Below are positions 60,358-64,000 of a DNA stretch of 64,000 nt, in pieces; the first letter of the stretch is position 1; each line of letters opens with the position of its first letter. Under the pieces are notes generated by a model. The model had not been told where the DNA came from. It made no database searches and saw nothing but the letters and a program-made list of their open reading frames with translations. This DNA comes from an uncultured Nitrososphaerota archaeon (GTDB lineage: Archaea > Thermoproteota > Nitrososphaeria > Nitrososphaerales > CADDZS01): contig CAWCYI010000004.1 in NCBI GenBank assembly GCA_963799845.1, forward strand, positions 128,001 to 192,000, in the 5' to 3' direction. A program made the translations under genes and the position numbers.

Positions 60358-60843
60358 CTAATCTTTGAGTGAGATTTTGCCAGTACCTCCACAAAACGAG
60401 CAAACCAGAGTTTCTTCTGCAACCTGTATGCCTGCTTCCTCTCCTCGTTGATATTTCCTCGTGACAGTAATCCCTTCTCCGTTGCATTTCTGGCATCGCT
60501 CGAGGAGTCTAAGAGATTCTTCAAGTGTTGCAAGCTCTTTCGTATTGTATTCTAAGTTGGCTTGCTTCTGCTTACCTAATCCATAAAGCCTATTTCTCAG
60601 AGCGGTCTGAGCGATTGCCGATGAGTATGCTTTTTCAGACACATTTGAGAACCCAGCTCGTTTGATCTCTTCCATAGGAACTATTTCGTCCTGTTCTAGT
60701 CGTTCCGCGATTTGACTAAGTGATTTTATCTGTTCTTTTAATGAATAATTTTCTTCTCTAAGGGAATTGATTTTTCTCTCCTTTAGACGAGCCTGGAGTT
60801 TTATCTGTCTGATCGAATTCTCGTCATTGGTCATCAGGATCAT
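60358..60843 (-). CDS. Coiled-coil protein with DnaJ-type zinc finger
   Basis: CQKCNGEG ... CSFCGGTG; overlaps the SMC stop codon. Confidence 0.7.
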   Translation of the reverse strand: MILMTNDENSIRQIKLQARLKERKINSLREENYSLKEQIKSLSQIAERLEQDEIVPMEEIKRAGFSNVSEKAYSSAIAQTALRNRLYGLGKQKQANLEYNTKELATLEESLRLLERCQKCNGEGITVTRKYQRGEEAGIQVAEETLVCSFCGGTGKISLKD

Positions 60844-63335
60844 GAGTCACTAACAAGTTTCGGTCCCTTCGATGACCAACCGCTAAAGCTCAAAACCTTG
60901 ATGGAATCGCATTTCTTCAAAAGAAAATCATGAAATTCTTTGTCCTCAGTCGCAACAATAACTTGCTTTGCCTTCGAAAGTTCAGATATAACTTCAGAAA
61001 GTGATTCTTTATGTTTTGAATCCATGCTCTGAGTCGGATCATCCATCAGAACTGTTCCAAACTTTTCTCCGAGTTTCTCATTGTTTGCTAAAAACAAAGA
61101 AATCGCAGCTGCATTCTTCTGTGCGTTAGATAGACGTGTCTGAATATACGTGGAACCCTGCTCACCAGTTGCTTGAAAAGAATACGTAGGCGATTCTCCC
61201 TTTTCTGAAACAATTTGAATTTTCTTGAAGATTGGATGTCCTACCATTCTTGAATAATAGGAATCTATGAGACCTGAAAGATTAGCGAGCTCATTCGTCG
61301 CGGACTCTTTTCCGTATTCCAAGGCAACCTGGCGAAACATGTTCAATAAGCCCTGAAGTTTTTCGGTACTCTCTTTGCTTGCTTGTATTGAGCCTATTAG
61401 TTGAGCAATGTGAGGAAGCTCCTGTTCAAGTGTATCAAGTTCTTCGAAATCTTTCAAATATTCGACTATCTTTTCCAGCTTTGAGATCTTGACGAAAAAA
61501 TCTTCAATTGATTTGTCGCTGTTGTCCTGCTCCATCTCAGAGTTGATCTGCGTTATCTTTTCATTTACCAATTCTAGCAGCTGATCGCCTTCGACCTTTG
61601 CGCCAATCGCATCCCGGAGGACTGTTTGTGACAAGTTTACAGATTCTATGGTTCTTTTGAGATCGGTAAATTGCCTTTCAAATGCCGACTTGCGCTCGTT
61701 GAGTGTAATTGTTCGGTTTTTCAGCTCATTTGCGGTTTGCTTTGATTTCTCAATTTGCTCATCGAATGAATAGTTCTCATTAACATTTTCCTTATCAACC
61801 ACAAATCCTCGAAGTTTGGATAGGGATTTTTCAAGGGCTTGTTGTTCAGAACTTTGCCTTATTCCAAGTTGGTCTAGTTCTTCCTTGATTGTTTTCGTCT
61901 CTCTGATCTTTCTTTCTGCACCAGTACGTTCAGCTTCAAGCGAAGCAATTTTTTGTGACAAGTCATTCTTGTTCCTATCTTCCAGAGAACGAATAACCTT
62001 CTCAACATCGATTAGTTGCTGACAAATTGGGCATTCGTGCGAACGCTCTGAGGATAAATAATTCAGACCAACAACTAACAGCTGACCGAGCTTCGATGAG
62101 CTATCAATCGAGTGACGAACATCTTCGAGTTTCCTACCTTCCGCTTCCAGGTCAAGACGTAGTCGTTCGAGATCTCCATACTTATTGACAATTTCACTAG
62201 ATTTCGACCTTGCCCTGTCAATATTTTGCTTCGTTGTTGAAACCTCGGACCTCATTGCAATCAGATTGGTAACCAGTTTATCCAATTCTCGTACTTTTGG
62301 TTCAATATCCTGAAGTTGCGATAAGACATCCTTTCTGGAGGCGTCAACAGAATCCAGAGTTATTTGACCAATCGACTCTAATTCCATCCTCGCCGCTTCG
62401 TAAGTGGTTTTCGATCGGTTTATCGTTCCAATCTTTTTGTCGAGTTCCGCTACTCGCTTGAGTCGCCTTTCGTTCAGCTCTCTGAGGTACTTGGATAATG
62501 CATCAGCCGCATCTCTGATTTGCTCTACCTGAGGAACGGGGTACTTGATTTTGGGAGGACTAGGGTCGTATTTTGAAGCGAGCGACATGGCATCAGTTAT
62601 GATCGTGGAAAGGTCGGCGCCGCATCTTTCGACTGAAAGTTCGCTTTCATCATAACCACTTGAAATCAGCTTCTGTTTCTTCTCAGAAACAAGCTTGCGC
62701 AAATTGCTTGCAAGTTTCTCCTTGTCGGCACCTATTTCGTTTAACCGCTTATCTAGACTCTTTGTCTTTCCGTTAAAGTATCGGTCAAGATCTAGGGCTT
62801 CTGCGAATTCTCTAATTTCGTACGTCCCCAGCAGCCGATCAATTCCACGGCTTCGCTCTTTTGGGTCCATTGAAAGAATTTCTTGTATTGCCTCTTGATG
62901 AAGATAGAAAACACCTGAGAAATCGTCAGAGACTGTCCCAAATTGCTTAGCGACCTGATTCAGCGCATCATCATCTTTCAGAAGCTCACCTTCTAAATCA
63001 ACAGTAAGTGAAGAAGCTCCTCTAGTAGACGACTTTCCCATCTTCCTAGTTCTAGTAAGGACGATCCTCCGTTTTCCATCTTCGGCAGTCAAGCTTACGA
63101 GAGCGTTCTTCTTCGCTGCAAACTCGTTAACGATCGCATCTTCCTTTCCAAAATCAGAACCTGTAAAGTAGGATATCTCTCCAGTTAGACACCATTCTAT
63201 CGATTGCATGAAGCTGGACTTTCCTTCGCCGTTGTTCCCGTAGAGTAGAGTAACCCCGTTCGTTAATGGAAAGTTGCATTTCTCGTTGAAACCACGGAAT
63301 CCTTCAGCCGTTATTTCGGTTAGCCTTAAGGCCAT
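60840..63335 (-). CDS. Rad50/SbcC-like SMC ABC ATPase
   Basis: GFRGF, GNNGEGKS, Q-loop LHQE, coiled coils, zinc hook CPIC, LSNAQ, MDDPTQSMD. Confidence 0.88.
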   Translation of the reverse strand: MALRLTEITAEGFRGFNEKCNFPLTNGVTLLYGNNGEGKSSFMQSIEWCLTGEISYFTGSDFGKEDAIVNEFAAKKNALVSLTAEDGKRRIVLTRTRKMGKSSTRGASSLTVDLEGELLKDDDALNQVAKQFGTVSDDFSGVFYLHQEAIQEILSMDPKERSRGIDRLLGTYEIREFAEALDLDRYFNGKTKSLDKRLNEIGADKEKLASNLRKLVSEKKQKLISSGYDESELSVERCGADLSTIITDAMSLASKYDPSPPKIKYPVPQVEQIRDAADALSKYLRELNERRLKRVAELDKKIGTINRSKTTYEAARMELESIGQITLDSVDASRKDVLSQLQDIEPKVRELDKLVTNLIAMRSEVSTTKQNIDRARSKSSEIVNKYGDLERLRLDLEAEGRKLEDVRHSIDSSSKLGQLLVVGLNYLSSERSHECPICQQLIDVEKVIRSLEDRNKNDLSQKIASLEAERTGAERKIRETKTIKEELDQLGIRQSSEQQALEKSLSKLRGFVVDKENVNENYSFDEQIEKSKQTANELKNRTITLNERKSAFERQFTDLKRTIESVNLSQTVLRDAIGAKVEGDQLLELVNEKITQINSEMEQDNSDKSIEDFFVKISKLEKIVEYLKDFEELDTLEQELPHIAQLIGSIQASKESTEKLQGLLNMFRQVALEYGKESATNELANLSGLIDSYYSRMVGHPIFKKIQIVSEKGESPTYSFQATGEQGSTYIQTRLSNAQKNAAAISLFLANNEKLGEKFGTVLMDDPTQSMDSKHKESLSEVISELSKAKQVIVATEDKEFHDFLLKKCDSIKVLSFSGWSSKGPKLVSDS

Positions 63336-63514
63336 TAATGCTCTACCTCTTCTCCTATCTTCTCTATCATTTCCTTAAGCTGATCTTGTAAAGCGGCTTT
63401 GCCTTTTTCCCTTTGGATATCCAATAATTCCTTTAGCAGCTTTTCATCTGCCGGAACTCGTTTTGGTAATCTCTTACAAAATTCTTCATACATCCTTTGA
63501 TAGATATCGGGCAA
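63335..63514 (-). CDS. 59-aa helical protein translationally coupled to the SMC gene (absent from ORF track)
   Basis: TTG 63514, MPDIYQRMYEEFCKRLPKRVPADEKLLKELLDIQREKGKAALQDQLKEMIEKIGEEVEH; TAATG overlap with SMC start. Confidence 0.65.
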   Translation of the reverse strand: MPDIYQRMYEEFCKRLPKRVPADEKLLKELLDIQREKGKAALQDQLKEMIEKIGEEVEH

Positions 63515-63627
63515 TTGGTATCATGCTCGGGAAACAATTAGCCCTAATAAATTGAACTTTTCCAATTCTAATTGTTCGGGAGTAGACTACAAGGTCGAAA
63601 ACGGAGAAGAAAGAACATGGCGGGAAG

Positions 63628-64000
63628 TCAACGAGCAGGAGCGCCGCATTGAGAGCAAGTGTTGTTTCTGAAGACATCCATCAGAGCCCCACAGTATTTA
63701 CACGGGATCTTCACGACCTCTTTCTCAATGACGATAGTAGGAGAAACCGTGCTTGAGAGAGGGATTCGGAGATTATTGATTTTGGTCACCCATTGTTCGG
63801 GGATCACGGCTATATTGAAAGTGATTTGAGTTGTCCCAAATCCATTGTTCGCATTTTTTGTTGTAATTAGAAGCTCCTGACCGCCTAAACGTGCGTGCTT
63901 TGCGTTGACAGTTGTCATATCTCTAAGAGTAACACCAAACTGATTAAATTTCTTGTGAATAACACCTTCTCCATATTCAAACAAGATTCTCCTGTCAGTT
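63628..64000 (-). CDS. PH-like plus zinc-ribbon protein, 5'-truncated
   Basis: LTGESCLFEY..., IVIEKEVVKIPCKYCG...CSQCGA. Confidence 0.6.
   Translation of the reverse strand, partial: TDRRILFEYGEGVIHKKFNQFGVTLRDMTTVNAKHARLGGQELLITTKNANNGFGTTQITFNIAVIPEQWVTKINNLRIPLSSTVSPTIVIEKEVVKIPCKYCGALMDVFRNNTCSQCGAPAR

Larger units (their letters stand above)
39568..64000. mobile_element. tRNA-Pro-anchored genomic (defence) island; right end outside the window
   Basis: Abrupt switch from housekeeping genes to nuclease/helicase/ATPase genes and more AT-rich sequence right after the tRNA 3' end; no integrase or att repeat seen. Confidence 0.7.

Noticed and set aside
46-63677. Numerous antisense and nested ORFs of 60-180 aa in the track
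   Set aside because: Shadow frames of well-supported genes with no independent motifs

Overview
Archaeal chromosome segment, most consistent with a heterotrophic member of the TACK/Nitrososphaerota lineage (Nop5-fibrillarin, Gar1-TFB-TFEbeta, deoxyhypusine synthase, archease, class I CCA enzyme). Bases 1-39.4 kb are core genome: RNA modification and tRNA-processing genes, a K+-independent H+-PPase, CysRS, and a paa-like acyl-CoA catabolic cluster built around an atypical ferritin-like diiron protein. All three tRNA genes (Cys-GCA, Ser-UGA, Pro-GGG) carry 2-3 bulge-helix-bulge introns, 8 in total, including a rarely reported 8/9 position. Directly after tRNA-Pro a visibly more AT-rich defence-type island begins and runs to the window end (about 24 kb). 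It holds: a DUF6361-like/PLD/SNF2 helicase trio; an RNase J-like nuclease; a SAM methyltransferase paired with a prenyltransferase-barrel/CHAT (caspase-like) protease fusion; a TrmB-REase-coiled-coil-AAA protein beside a duplicated palindromic operator; a MORC/GHKL ATPase operon with HNH and PD-(D/E)XK nucleases plus an AAA ATPase; and a Rad50-like SMC cassette without Mre11. About a dozen single-base frameshifts, one in the essential CCA enzyme, point to long-read indel errors. All family calls come from motif recognition, not from database searches.
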